Of a stretch of DNA of 64,000 nucleotides, positions 50,835 through 60,208 are shown piece by piece. A program made the translations under genes and the position numbers. The DNA is from an uncultured bacterium (lineage in GTDB: Bacteria; Babelota; Babeliae; Babelales; Vermiphilaceae): contig OY969561.1 in assembly GCA_963701085.1 (NCBI GenBank), forward strand, positions 736,001 to 800,000, given 5' to 3'. Position 1 is the stretch's first letter. Each line of letters begins with the position of its first letter. The notes below the pieces were generated by a model. The model worked only from the letters and a program-made list of their open reading frames with translations. It ran no database searches and had not been told where the DNA came from.

Positions 50835-51965
50835 ATGTCATACTTTAGATTTGAACTTATTCACCAATCCAAAAAATCACGTGCTCGTGTTGGCCGCATT
50901 CACACACCACACGGCATTATTGATACACCAAATTTTGTTGGCGTTGGCACCAACGCGACAATGAAATCAGTCGATCCTGTCACCGTATCACACATTGGCA
51001 TGCAACTTATGTTTTGCAATACCTATCATCTTATGCTGCAACCTGGCACAGAAATCATCAAACAAGCTGGGGGCCTCCATACATTCATGAATAGAAACAT
51101 GCCCATTATTACCGATTCTGGTGGATTTCAGGTATTTAGTCTTGCATACGGCACCGTTAAGGATGAACTCAAAAGCCGCGGACAAAAAAAGGGTGATAAT
51201 TTAGTCCTTAAAACATCAGAAGATGGCGTACTATTTAGATCTTATCGTGATGGTACCAAAATATTATTAACACCAGAAACATCCATCGCTGCCCAAAAAG
51301 ATCTTGGCGCTGATATTATTATTCCTTTTGATGAGTTACCTCCCTATCACATTGACGAGCGCAAACTTATTGATTCATTACATCGCACTCATCGCTGGGA
51401 AAAAAGATCTCTTGATGCCCATTTAGCCAACAAGCAAAATCAGGCTATGTATTCAGTTATTCATGGCGGCATCAGCAAAGAATTACGCAAAGAAAGTTGT
51501 GAGGTGCTCACCAAATTACCTTTTGATGGCCATGCAATTGGTGGAAGCATGGGAAAAAACAGACAAGAAATGGTTGATATGCTCACGTTTGTCATGCCGT
51601 TATTACCAACCGATAAACCAAACCATCTGCTTGGCATCGGTGATTTAGCATCAATTGAACCATGCGTTGCACTTGGCGTTGACACCTTTGATAGTTCGCA
51701 TCCAACCCGTTGCGCACGTCATGGATTGCTCTTTACCACCAAAGGATTTGTTAAAATTGGCAATGCAGAAAACAAAATGGCATTCCGACCAATTGATGAA
51801 GCATGTAGCTGTTATACCTGCCAAAATTTTACTCGTGCATATCTGCACCATCTTTTTAAGGCAGGTGAGCTAAGTTCATACACGCTCGCAACCATTCACA
51901 ATCTCCATTTTATGGTAAAGTTAATGGCAGACTATAGAAATAGAATTTTAAATGACGAATTATAA
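50835..51965 (+). CDS. tgt: tRNA-guanine transglycosylase
   Basis: TPHG, NTYHL, TDSGGFQVFSL, HLLGIG, GVDTFD, CxCxxC..H zinc site. Confidence 0.97.
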   Translation: MSYFRFELIHQSKKSRARVGRIHTPHGIIDTPNFVGVGTNATMKSVDPVTVSHIGMQLMFCNTYHLMLQPGTEIIKQAGGLHTFMNRNMPIITDSGGFQVFSLAYGTVKDELKSRGQKKGDNLVLKTSEDGVLFRSYRDGTKILLTPETSIAAQKDLGADIIIPFDELPPYHIDERKLIDSLHRTHRWEKRSLDAHLANKQNQAMYSVIHGGISKELRKESCEVLTKLPFDGHAIGGSMGKNRQEMVDMLTFVMPLLPTDKPNHLLGIGDLASIEPCVALGVDTFDSSHPTRCARHGLLFTTKGFVKIGNAENKMAFRPIDEACSCYTCQNFTRAYLHHLFKAGELSSYTLATIHNLHFMVKLMADYRNRILNDEL

Positions 51966-51977
51966 CGAAATACTTTT

Positions 51978-52724
51978 ATGATACACAAAATAAACTCTCT
52001 CACTAATGACAATGTTAAACATGTGGTACAACTTCACGCTGCAAAATATCGTTCAAAACTTCAAGAATTTATCGCTGAAGGTTTCCGTACAATCTCTACC
52101 ATCATTGCGGCAGGACACACACCCATAGGGCTCTTTGTAATTGAAGATTTTCTCTATGATGCGCAACAATTAGTTAATGACAAACTTATTACCATTGTAA
52201 CACCAGAAGTTATGAATAAAATGAGTGCTGCACAATCACCAAGTGGATTACTTGCACTGTTTCCCATTCCAGCACAACCATCATTTGATACCCTTGGCGC
52301 GGGAATTATCCTTGCACAAGTAACTGATCCTGGCAACATGGGAACATTAATTCGCACCGCCGCAGCAATGAATAAAAAAACGGTTGTGTGCATCGAAACC
52401 GTTGATCCATGGAATCCAAAAGTAGTCCAAGCAACTGCAGGCGCTATCAGTATGGTTTCTATCTTTTGCGTTACCTGGCACGATATATTACTTGTCAAAA
52501 AAAATATACCGCTCTATGCATTGGTTCCCACAGAAGGTGTCAATCCAAGTTCAATTAAGTTACATGATGCATTGATTGTTGTTGGTAGTGAAAGCCATGG
52601 CATACCTGAGGAATGGGTTGCTCAATGTGATAAAAAAATTACACTACCAATGCCAGGAAATTTTGAAAGCTTAAATGCAGCCGTTGCGGGATCTATTGCA
52701 TTATATTTGGCGGCAACACAGTAA
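51978..52724 (+). CDS. TrmH/SpoU family RNA methyltransferase
   Basis: DPGNMGTLIRTA, GSESHGI, ESLNAAVA. Confidence 0.93.
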   Translation: MIHKINSLTNDNVKHVVQLHAAKYRSKLQEFIAEGFRTISTIIAAGHTPIGLFVIEDFLYDAQQLVNDKLITIVTPEVMNKMSAAQSPSGLLALFPIPAQPSFDTLGAGIILAQVTDPGNMGTLIRTAAAMNKKTVVCIETVDPWNPKVVQATAGAISMVSIFCVTWHDILLVKKNIPLYALVPTEGVNPSSIKLHDALIVVGSESHGIPEEWVAQCDKKITLPMPGNFESLNAAVAGSIALYLAATQ

Positions 52725-52733
52725 GGGCCTTAC

Positions 52734-54029
52734 ATGTCAACAACAAAAAACAACCAACTCTCATTATGGTCAGCCATCATAATCAACCTTAACATTATTA
52801 TTGGCTCAGGAGTTTTTATTAACACAACAGAACTTGCAAAACGCGCAGGTCTGCTTGGCGGCCTTTGTTACGTTCTTGTTGGCCTGCTGCTGTTTCCACT
52901 CATTTTATCATTTGTACGATTATTACAATTCTATCCAAGCGGTGGATTTTACTCTTTTTGCAGCACATCAATTCATCCATTAGTAGGATTTTTTAATACC
53001 TGGTGTTATTTTTTTGCAAAACTATCATCGGCAACATTAGTCATTCATATTTTTACATTATTACTACAAAAAACATTCCCCGCGCTGAATATCATCAGTC
53101 CTATGATATTTGATATGGGCATGTTAGCACTATTACTCGCGCTTAATATGCTCAATGTTAGAACAGGCAGCAGAATTCAAGGCTGGTTGATGATCTTAAA
53201 ACTGTTTCCACTTTTTTTTGTTATTGTCTCAGGCCTCTTCTTTTTACAAGATGGCAACTTAACTCCCGTGCATCAATTATGGTCAGGCATTCCAGCATCA
53301 ATTCCTTTAGTGCTGCACGCACTACTTGGTTTTGAAATTGCATGCGCAATTAGCCGTAATATAGAAAATCCAGAAGTTAACGGCCCACGATCAATATTGA
53401 TCTCGTACGGTATTGTGATCGTATTATATGTACTGTATCAAGGATTCTTTTATGGAATTTTAGGCACAGATTTGAGCAATGCAACAGATTATCGCGGCGC
53501 ATTCCCACTACTAATTAACAAGTTCGGCATCAGTGATTATGCACGTGATATTCTTGGCCATCTTATTCATCTTGCAATTGCCGTTTCCGCACTCAGCGCA
53601 GGATTTGGTATTATTTATGCAAATATGTGGAATCTGTATACCGTTGCAGAACTTAATCATACACCTGCACCAAATCTCATCACACAACGCAACCGTTTTA
53701 ATGTTCCTTTTGTTTGCGTACTTGCCCAAGGTGCAATCATGCTCATCTACATGTTCATTATTAACGGTGAACAAACTACCTTCCAACAACTCAGTGCATT
53801 TGGCGCAACAGTTACCTATATTTTAAGCATTGCCGGTTTATACGCAACATTACGCCAAAAAGGTCATTCATTATTACTGCCCATCATGGGATTTATTAAT
53901 TGCGGCATTTTAATGACTGCTTCCTTGTTTGCTCTGTGGAAAACAAGCAATCCAACCCCATTGTATATATTCTTGAGCATTGTAGGATGTGGCATTGTTG
54001 TTTACGGAATGTCAGAAAAGAAAAAGTAA
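52734..54029 (+). CDS. APC family amino-acid permease
   Basis: IIGSGVF, PSGGFY, GFE, about 12 TMs. Confidence 0.9.
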   Translation: MSTTKNNQLSLWSAIIINLNIIIGSGVFINTTELAKRAGLLGGLCYVLVGLLLFPLILSFVRLLQFYPSGGFYSFCSTSIHPLVGFFNTWCYFFAKLSSATLVIHIFTLLLQKTFPALNIISPMIFDMGMLALLLALNMLNVRTGSRIQGWLMILKLFPLFFVIVSGLFFLQDGNLTPVHQLWSGIPASIPLVLHALLGFEIACAISRNIENPEVNGPRSILISYGIVIVLYVLYQGFFYGILGTDLSNATDYRGAFPLLINKFGISDYARDILGHLIHLAIAVSALSAGFGIIYANMWNLYTVAELNHTPAPNLITQRNRFNVPFVCVLAQGAIMLIYMFIINGEQTTFQQLSAFGATVTYILSIAGLYATLRQKGHSLLLPIMGFINCGILMTASLFALWKTSNPTPLYIFLSIVGCGIVVYGMSEKKK

Positions 54030-54046
54030 AATTAACACATATCACT

Positions 54047-54844
54047 ATGAACAGCAAAACTATTATCCTAATCATAGTACTCTATCTTAATAGCACACTC
54101 ATTGGCATGGAAATTGAACCAAAACACAACCTAATTCAGTTGTTGCAACAATTTGCCCACAATGATGTTAAACAGGAAATTATTAATCACGTAAAACCAA
54201 AACAATGGTGGTACTTAGATAAAGTATTTAAACATAACGGCCGTGTTTATCCAACCTACTCTAACTCGTCTGAGAAACTCTGCGCAATAGCAAGGGATGG
54301 CACAGCACGTATATTTGATAGACAAACAAAAAAAGAAATTGCTTCTTTTGCTCATGGCGTCTGGATTTATTCAGCCTGCCTTGACCCCTCTGAAAAACTC
54401 CTCACAACAGCATCATGGGATCGTAAAGCACGTATATTTGATAGAGAAACACAAAAAGAAATTGCTTCTTTTTTACATAGCGACCGAGTTAATTCAGCCT
54501 GCCTTGACCCATCTGGAAAACTTCTTGCAACAGCATCAAATGATGGCAAAGTACATATATTTGCGCAGTATGATGACTATACATTAGAACAACTGCTGTT
54601 CAAGAAAGCACTGCTCACCTGGCTGCTTGTTGAAAAACCAAACAAAAAAATAGATACGCTCGACAATCTTATAAAAGATGTAGCTTTAAAATGTACTATT
54701 CCCTATGAAGAATTAATCAAAATTTGGTCTACATTTCCTGAGAAAATGCAAAATGCCATTTGGAGAACCATGCACTATAAAATTCAAAAATATGGTAAAG
54801 ATTATAATTATGTTTGCATCATACATGGTTGTATCATACTATGA
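54047..54844 (+). CDS. Exported WD40-repeat protein
   Basis: G-ME signal; 41-aa repeats with TASWDRKARIFD; 123-bp nucleotide period (54305 vs 54428). Confidence 0.88.
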   Translation: MNSKTIILIIVLYLNSTLIGMEIEPKHNLIQLLQQFAHNDVKQEIINHVKPKQWWYLDKVFKHNGRVYPTYSNSSEKLCAIARDGTARIFDRQTKKEIASFAHGVWIYSACLDPSEKLLTTASWDRKARIFDRETQKEIASFLHSDRVNSACLDPSGKLLATASNDGKVHIFAQYDDYTLEQLLFKKALLTWLLVEKPNKKIDTLDNLIKDVALKCTIPYEELIKIWSTFPEKMQNAIWRTMHYKIQKYGKDYNYVCIIHGCIIL

Positions 54845-54845
54845 T

Positions 54846-54889
54846 TTAATGCGCAAAATTCAACGTAATAAGCGTCAGCAGGCATAAAA
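54846..54889 (-). repeat. Relic copy of the mraY 3' end
   Basis: 54865-54889 identical to 58160-58184. Confidence 0.85.
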
Positions 54890-54926
54890 AAAGAAGCCTT
54901 GATTATTCACACATTTCAATAAATTT

Positions 54927-55967
54927 TTACTTGGCACTTTCTGTTGCGCCAGCATCTTTAAGCAATTGAACAATAATTTCATATTTTTTTTGATCATTAT
55001 CTTTATTCAGCAACCCTTCTTGCGCATAACTTAATGCAGTTTTATCAAATCCATCAAGCAACCATACTATCGCCTTAGCATCAAGAAGTTTTCTTACTAC
55101 CTCTACATATCCTCTCATTGCAGCCATTATCAGTGGAGTCCTTCCTAAAGCATCTGTAGCATTAACCCGAGCTCCTCGCTTTATCAATAAATCAACCGTA
55201 TCTTGCCTACCATACTCTGCCGCTGCATATAAAACAGTATAACTTTGAGTATAACTTGGTACCTTCTTTGTCCAACTATCAATATAATCTGTTTGATACG
55301 TTGATTTGGTTTCTTTATCAACTCCACGATCAAGCAATAATTCAACCACTTTTACTTTATTAGTCTGTGCAGCAATTATCACAAGAGGCGTTTTCCCTGA
55401 ATAACCATATCCAGCACCATTAAGCACACCAGGATCTAGCCCCATATCTAAACTAGCTTTTATTATATCCACACCTTCATCTGCAAAAATAAACCCATCA
55501 ATTCTCATTCCATCATCTTTATGTCCATATTGCACTATATTAGACAAAAATATCCGTAATTGTTCTTTTGCTTGATCATTATTGTTAATATATTCTTTTC
55601 CAAATTCAATTGCTCCTGGAGTTCCTAAAACTGCTGCTCCTAACTCTTTATAAAAACCTGCTCGATCACGGCAACCTATACCAGCATTCTCTCTCCAAAA
55701 ACCAAGACACCTACCACCAACAAGATCCAATAACTGCTCTGTCGCTTTTTTACTATTGAAAACTCTAGTAAATCTTACATCATTTTTTGCATAAGCCTTT
55801 ATTTCTGAAATCGCCCCTTCAAACATTCCATATTTATATTTAGCTGCAATAAACACACATTGCAGATGTTCAGCAAGTTCAAGTTCTGAATTTAAATCTT
55901 CCATACCAAAAACAGTAGCTCCACTCACCATCATTGTAATGAGTAAAGCATGCACTATAACCATCAT
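54927..55967 (-). CDS. Exported ankyrin-repeat protein
   Basis: G-ME signal; TVLYAAA, GRTPLIMAA; paralogue of the next gene. Confidence 0.9.
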   Translation of the reverse strand: MMVIVHALLITMMVSGATVFGMEDLNSELELAEHLQCVFIAAKYKYGMFEGAISEIKAYAKNDVRFTRVFNSKKATEQLLDLVGGRCLGFWRENAGIGCRDRAGFYKELGAAVLGTPGAIEFGKEYINNNDQAKEQLRIFLSNIVQYGHKDDGMRIDGFIFADEGVDIIKASLDMGLDPGVLNGAGYGYSGKTPLVIIAAQTNKVKVVELLLDRGVDKETKSTYQTDYIDSWTKKVPSYTQSYTVLYAAAEYGRQDTVDLLIKRGARVNATDALGRTPLIMAAMRGYVEVVRKLLDAKAIVWLLDGFDKTALSYAQEGLLNKDNDQKKYEIIVQLLKDAGATESAK

Positions 55968-55995
55968 AACTCTCCTTTTTAACGTCAGCAGACAT

Positions 55996-56029
55996 AAAAA
56001 AAGAAGCCTTGATTTTTCAGGGCTTCTTT
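55996..56029 (-). terminator. Rho-independent terminator
   Basis: AAAGAAGCCTTGA..TCAGGGCTTCTTT with an A run on the left. Confidence 0.75.
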
Positions 56030-56047
56030 ACACGTTTCCATAATTTT

Positions 56048-57202
56048 TTACTTGTCACTTTCTATTGCACCAGCATCTACCAGCAATTTAACAATAGCGT
56101 TATACTTTTGTTTATCTTCTTCCTTTTTACAATTCCATAACTTGTCCATTGCGTGGTTTAATACAGCTTTACCATCTGTATCGGTTAACGACACATCAGC
56201 CTTAGCAGCAAGAAGTTTTCTTACTATCTCTGTATATCCGCTCATTACAGCCCTCATCAACGGAGTTCTTCCAAAAGCATCAGCAGCATTAATCTGAGCT
56301 CCTCGCTTTATCAATAAATCAACCGTGTTTTGACTACCATGCTCTGCCGCTGCATATAAAGCAGTATAGCTTTGAGTATAACTTGGTACCTTTTTATAAC
56401 TATCATTATACTCTGTTGTATACGTGAATTTAATGTCTTTATCAACTCCACGATCAAGCAATAATTCAACCACTTTTACTTTATTAGCCCCTACAGCAGC
56501 TATCACAAGAGGCGTTCCCTCTGAACAGCCAAATGGATCATCATCACCACTCAGCATACAAGGGTCTAGTCCCATCTCTAAACCAGCTCTAACCACATCC
56601 ACATCTTCATCTGGCCACGCTAAATGGTTGGTACAACTATTTCCTTGATGCCCATACTGTACTACAGTAAACAGAAAATCTTTCAATCTTTTTTTTGCAG
56701 AATCTTGTTTAATGAATTCTCTTCCAAATGCAATTGCTCCCGGAGTTCCTAAAAGCACTGCTGCCAATTCCAAATAAATATACTTACCTTCATAACGTAC
56801 AGAAAGATCAAATCCATTTTTAAAACACGCGTAATTATCTAAATGGCGATTAACCATATATAACAAAGGTTCTGTATAACACGCCCTATCTACAATTTTT
56901 TTCCATCCCCTATCCTTTTGCGCCAAAGCTCTTATTTTTGGGGCAATTCCTTCAAACATACTCTGTTCTTCTTTTATAATACGTTCAAGTTCTTCGTATC
57001 TTGGCGCATAAAGTTCATGAAATGATGGATGCTCCCTTTCATAATCTCTCATTGCCTCTTCAATGGTTCTACCCTTACTTTCATAGCTTTTAGCCCACTC
57101 ATTAAAAGGTTTATTAATAAGTGATTCATTATTCTCCATACCAAAAACAGTAGCTCCACTCACCATCATTGTAATGAGTAAAGCATGCACTATAACCATC
57201 AT
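56048..57202 (-). CDS. Exported ankyrin-repeat protein
   Basis: Signal peptide identical to the 54927 gene; TALYAAA, GRTPLMRA. Confidence 0.9.
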   Translation of the reverse strand: MMVIVHALLITMMVSGATVFGMENNESLINKPFNEWAKSYESKGRTIEEAMRDYEREHPSFHELYAPRYEELERIIKEEQSMFEGIAPKIRALAQKDRGWKKIVDRACYTEPLLYMVNRHLDNYACFKNGFDLSVRYEGKYIYLELAAVLLGTPGAIAFGREFIKQDSAKKRLKDFLFTVVQYGHQGNSCTNHLAWPDEDVDVVRAGLEMGLDPCMLSGDDDPFGCSEGTPLVIAAVGANKVKVVELLLDRGVDKDIKFTYTTEYNDSYKKVPSYTQSYTALYAAAEHGSQNTVDLLIKRGAQINAADAFGRTPLMRAVMSGYTEIVRKLLAAKADVSLTDTDGKAVLNHAMDKLWNCKKEEDKQKYNAIVKLLVDAGAIESDK

Positions 57203-57256
57203 AACTCTCCTTTTTTTTGTTATTAATTTATCGCAATTTCAAATGCAAAAATGTTA

Positions 57257-57362
57257 GAGCCTATCCCTAAACTAATTTTTTCCTGCGCTCGCCCTGAACT
57301 TGTTGAAGGGTTTTCTTCGAGCGCTCGGAGATATCCTTCGACAAGCTCAGGACGAGCGCGGG
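57257..57362. mobile_element. Truncated MITE copy supplying the stop codon of the adjacent ankyrin gene
   Basis: TTA|GAGCCTATCCCTAAACTAATTTT then the A-type palindrome shared with 26187-26260. Confidence 0.8.
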
Positions 57363-58114
57363 TTTGACCACTCAAGCAATTGCAAACGATTTGGTACTAT
57401 ACTAGGTTGCATTCTCGTATATGTATTAAGATCAATCACATTGTGCATGAACTTTTTAGGATAAACTTCAGTAGTAACTGTTTGTCTGCAGCATTCAGTC
57501 TTATCATTTTTAGTTTTTTCAAGAAATGTAATCATTTCTGGAAAATTCAAATTTCTACTACCATATTTCAAATTTTTACTATCACCATTCAACTTCTTAT
57601 TACCACTCTTGGAACGTCGAGGTATTGTGCAATTATAGAAAGGCACAGAACGTAATAAAGAACTATTTGCTTCATCTAATGCAGTTTTACCATCGTTATT
57701 TTGTATACTTTTATCTGCACCAGCCTTAACCAAACTTTTTACAAGAGAAGTACGTCCAGTCCTCGCTGCCATCATTAACGCCGTATCACCAAACTCATTT
57801 GTACAATTTAATTGCGCATCATTCTCAATTAAAATCTTCATTAGTTTGGGGCGACCATAAAATGCGGATGTCATAAGCAGAGTCATTTCTTTGATTTTTT
57901 TCAAATATGGACTAGCAGGTATAGTGCCTTTCGCATTTATATTGCCGCCATTATTAATATATGATTCAATCAATTCTATATCGTTTTTTTCTACCGCCTT
58001 CAATAAGGTATTTATATCTACCTTTTGCCTACTCATATTTTCCAAATCTTCCATACCAAAAATAGCACCACCACTCACCATCATCGTAATGAGTAAAACA
58101 CGCAATATAACCAT
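57347..58114 (-). CDS. Exported ankyrin-repeat protein
   Basis: Start 58114 (MVILRVLLITMMVSGGAIFGMED) by homology with neighbours; GDTALMMAA, GKTALD. Confidence 0.85.
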   Translation of the reverse strand: MVILRVLLITMMVSGGAIFGMEDLENMSRQKVDINTLLKAVEKNDIELIESYINNGGNINAKGTIPASPYLKKIKEMTLLMTSAFYGRPKLMKILIENDAQLNCTNEFGDTALMMAARTGRTSLVKSLVKAGADKSIQNNDGKTALDEANSSLLRSVPFYNCTIPRRSKSGNKKLNGDSKNLKYGSRNLNFPEMITFLEKTKNDKTECCRQTVTTEVYPKKFMHNVIDLNTYTRMQPSIVPNRLQLLEWSNPRSS

Positions 58115-58143
58115 CGTAAACCCTCTCGTTGTTAGTATATAAT

Positions 58144-59208
58144 TTATCGCAATTTTAATGTAATAAGCGTCAGCAGGCATAAAACAAAAGAAATAATACC
58201 AAAACGCGTGGTAATACGCGATTCTGGCCACCCAAGCAGTTCGAAATGATGATGAATTGGAGCCATCTTAAACACTCGCCTGCCTAAATAGCGCACAGAA
58301 AGCACTTGCAGGATGACTGAGACTGTTTCCAAGACAAAAAGACCACCGGCAATGGGCAATAAAAGCTCCTGTTTTGCCATAATTGCCATTAAAGCAAGCC
58401 CTGCCCCCAAAGCCAATGAGCCGACATCACCCATAAAAATCTGCGCTGGATAGGTATTATACCATAAAAACCCCAGCGATGTCCCAATCAAAATAGCCCC
58501 AATTATGGCAATTTCAGCCGTTCCGGCAAAAGGAATGTGTAAATATTGAGCTGCGCCATAATGGCCGGCTAAATAGCAAATAAGAGAAAATGTGGCAAAA
58601 TTAGGTATTAATGAGCCAATAGCCAACCCATCAAGCCCATCAGTCAAATTTACGGCATTACTGCAACCTACAATGATAAAAACCGCCCAGGGTATGAAAA
58701 AGAGGCCCAAATTTGGCGTACAATGCTTAAAAAAGGGAAAAACGATCTCCATAGAGATAGAAGACCAAAAAACAAGCCCCAAAGCCACTAGGGTTGCTAA
58801 AATCAGCTGTAATTTAAACTTAGCCCCTGAAGAAATCCCCTTATTCTTATATATTTTATGCCAATCGTCCCAACAACCCAGCGCTCCAAAGCCTACAATG
58901 CAGAATAAGAAGATCCAGACGTTCGGTTGCGATAAATCACACCATAATAAGGCATTAATAAGCACTACTGCCAAAATAAAAACCCCCCCCATGGTTGGCA
59001 TACTATCCTTCTTTTTATGGGTATCTGGGGTGAATTCACGAGCTTTAGAGCGGAAAAAACGGCGGGAAATGGTCATAAAAAGCCCCCCAAACAGCAAAAA
59101 GCTGCTCAAAGAAGTGAGCAAAGAAGCGACTGCGCGCACACTTACATAGTGCAACACATTAAAAAAAGGCCAATAATGTTTCAAATAAGAGGATAAATGG
59201 TATATCAT
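58144..59208 (-). CDS. mraY: Phospho-N-acetylmuramoyl-pentapeptide transferase
   Basis: PTMGG, DD, SNAVNLTDGLDGL, PAQIFMGDVGS, MAPIHHHFE. Confidence 0.98.
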   Translation of the reverse strand: MIYHLSSYLKHYWPFFNVLHYVSVRAVASLLTSLSSFLLFGGLFMTISRRFFRSKAREFTPDTHKKKDSMPTMGGVFILAVVLINALLWCDLSQPNVWIFLFCIVGFGALGCWDDWHKIYKNKGISSGAKFKLQLILATLVALGLVFWSSISMEIVFPFFKHCTPNLGLFFIPWAVFIIVGCSNAVNLTDGLDGLAIGSLIPNFATFSLICYLAGHYGAAQYLHIPFAGTAEIAIIGAILIGTSLGFLWYNTYPAQIFMGDVGSLALGAGLALMAIMAKQELLLPIAGGLFVLETVSVILQVLSVRYLGRRVFKMAPIHHHFELLGWPESRITTRFGIISFVLCLLTLITLKLR

Positions 59209-59386
59209 ATACTTATAGGGGTAATTGATTAATTCACTATTAATATGCTTAATAATAATGAAAGTAGCGATTAATTCAAGCTTTTTGGGGGCCCTTTGAC
59301 GTAAGCCCAATACCCAGGTAAACTGTTAATGTGATCAATAAAGTAGGCATAATACATAACCTTCCTCTAATATAGAAGGATTTCTT

Positions 59387-59995
59387 ATGAAAAACATAAT
59401 AATAAAAAAGAGTATTTTGAGCAAAGTAGCGGTTATAGCGTTCATGTTAACAATGGGTTCATATACCTACGGCAACCATTGTGAGACAAACGAAAAGAAG
59501 ATAAACAACATTACCGCGGTAATTGTGTCCGGGGAAAGAATTCTTGCAGACTTTGTTAACTCAAACGTTAAAACTCCTTTTAATACGTTCCTGGCAGCGC
59601 TAGGGACTATGTTGCAAGACCTACAAAGAAAAGCTGAGGCATTAACACGTAGCCATCATGATGATTTGACAACGGCAATTGATGAACTTGAGGATTATAC
59701 GTTACAACAGTTTAATATTCTCCTTAATGTCTTCAAAAAGTACAATGGTAAGCCAAATAGTCAGGCTGCTAATTTTGCACTAGAAATTAGAAAAGAGTTT
59801 GATACTGAAAAAGTCTTTAGTGAAATGATTACAAAGTTAAAAGCAATAAAGATCAAAGCAGCTCATACGGATGATAAACACCTTGCTAAAGAAATTGATC
59901 GCCTCATCCAGATAATTCAAAAGAAAAAAGGCGAGTGGAGTGCAAAACCAGACTGGGTTCTTCTTGGTGGTTTGATCCATCGTATGAAGTGTTAA
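59387..59995 (+). CDS. Exported helical hypothetical protein
   Basis: AAGGA RBS, signal peptide. Confidence 0.7.
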   Translation: MKNIIIKKSILSKVAVIAFMLTMGSYTYGNHCETNEKKINNITAVIVSGERILADFVNSNVKTPFNTFLAALGTMLQDLQRKAEALTRSHHDDLTTAIDELEDYTLQQFNILLNVFKKYNGKPNSQAANFALEIRKEFDTEKVFSEMITKLKAIKIKAAHTDDKHLAKEIDRLIQIIQKKKGEWSAKPDWVLLGGLIHRMKC

Positions 59996-60049
59996 TAACA
60001 ATTGATCTTGCCTAAAAAAAGGCAATAGAGTACACTAGAATAGTAATAT

Positions 60050-60079
60050 AAGGTGCGTGTAAAAGCGCACCTTTTTTTT
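60050..60079 (+). terminator. Rho-independent terminator
   Basis: AAGGTGCG..CGCACCTT followed by a T run. Confidence 0.75.
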
Positions 60080-60093
60080 AATGAAACCATCTA

Positions 60094-60197
60094 ACCCTAC
60101 TTCGCTCTCCGCTCATCCTGATGCTTCGTCAGGCTCAGCAGTAAACGCTGCCTGCCCGCAGAAGCCTTGGCGAAGGCGGGTCGAAGGACGAAGGGCG
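60094..60197. repeat. Three-level nested palindromic element upstream of mnmG
   Basis: B-type ends (ACCCTACTTCGC...ACGAAGGGCG) enclose an A-type element, which encloses another B-type element. Confidence 0.75.
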
Positions 60198-60208
60198 CGC
60201 TAAATACT

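Noticed and set aside
58115-58231. Longer start for the third ankyrin gene
   Set aside because: Overlaps mraY; homology with neighbours places the start at 58114
58592-59149. 185-aa antisense ORF in mraY and other short shadow ORFs
   Set aside because: Fully nested in conserved genes, with no recognisable motifs or RBS
60008-60079. Promoter-like TTGCCT-N17-TACACT directly before a terminator (small RNA or attenuator for mnmG)
   Set aside because: The hairpin is adequately explained as the terminator of the upstream gene, and such hexamer matches are common in AT-rich DNA
60167-60208. TTG-start N-terminal extension of MnmG
   Set aside because: Lies in the nested repeat; ATG 60209 matches the normal MnmG start
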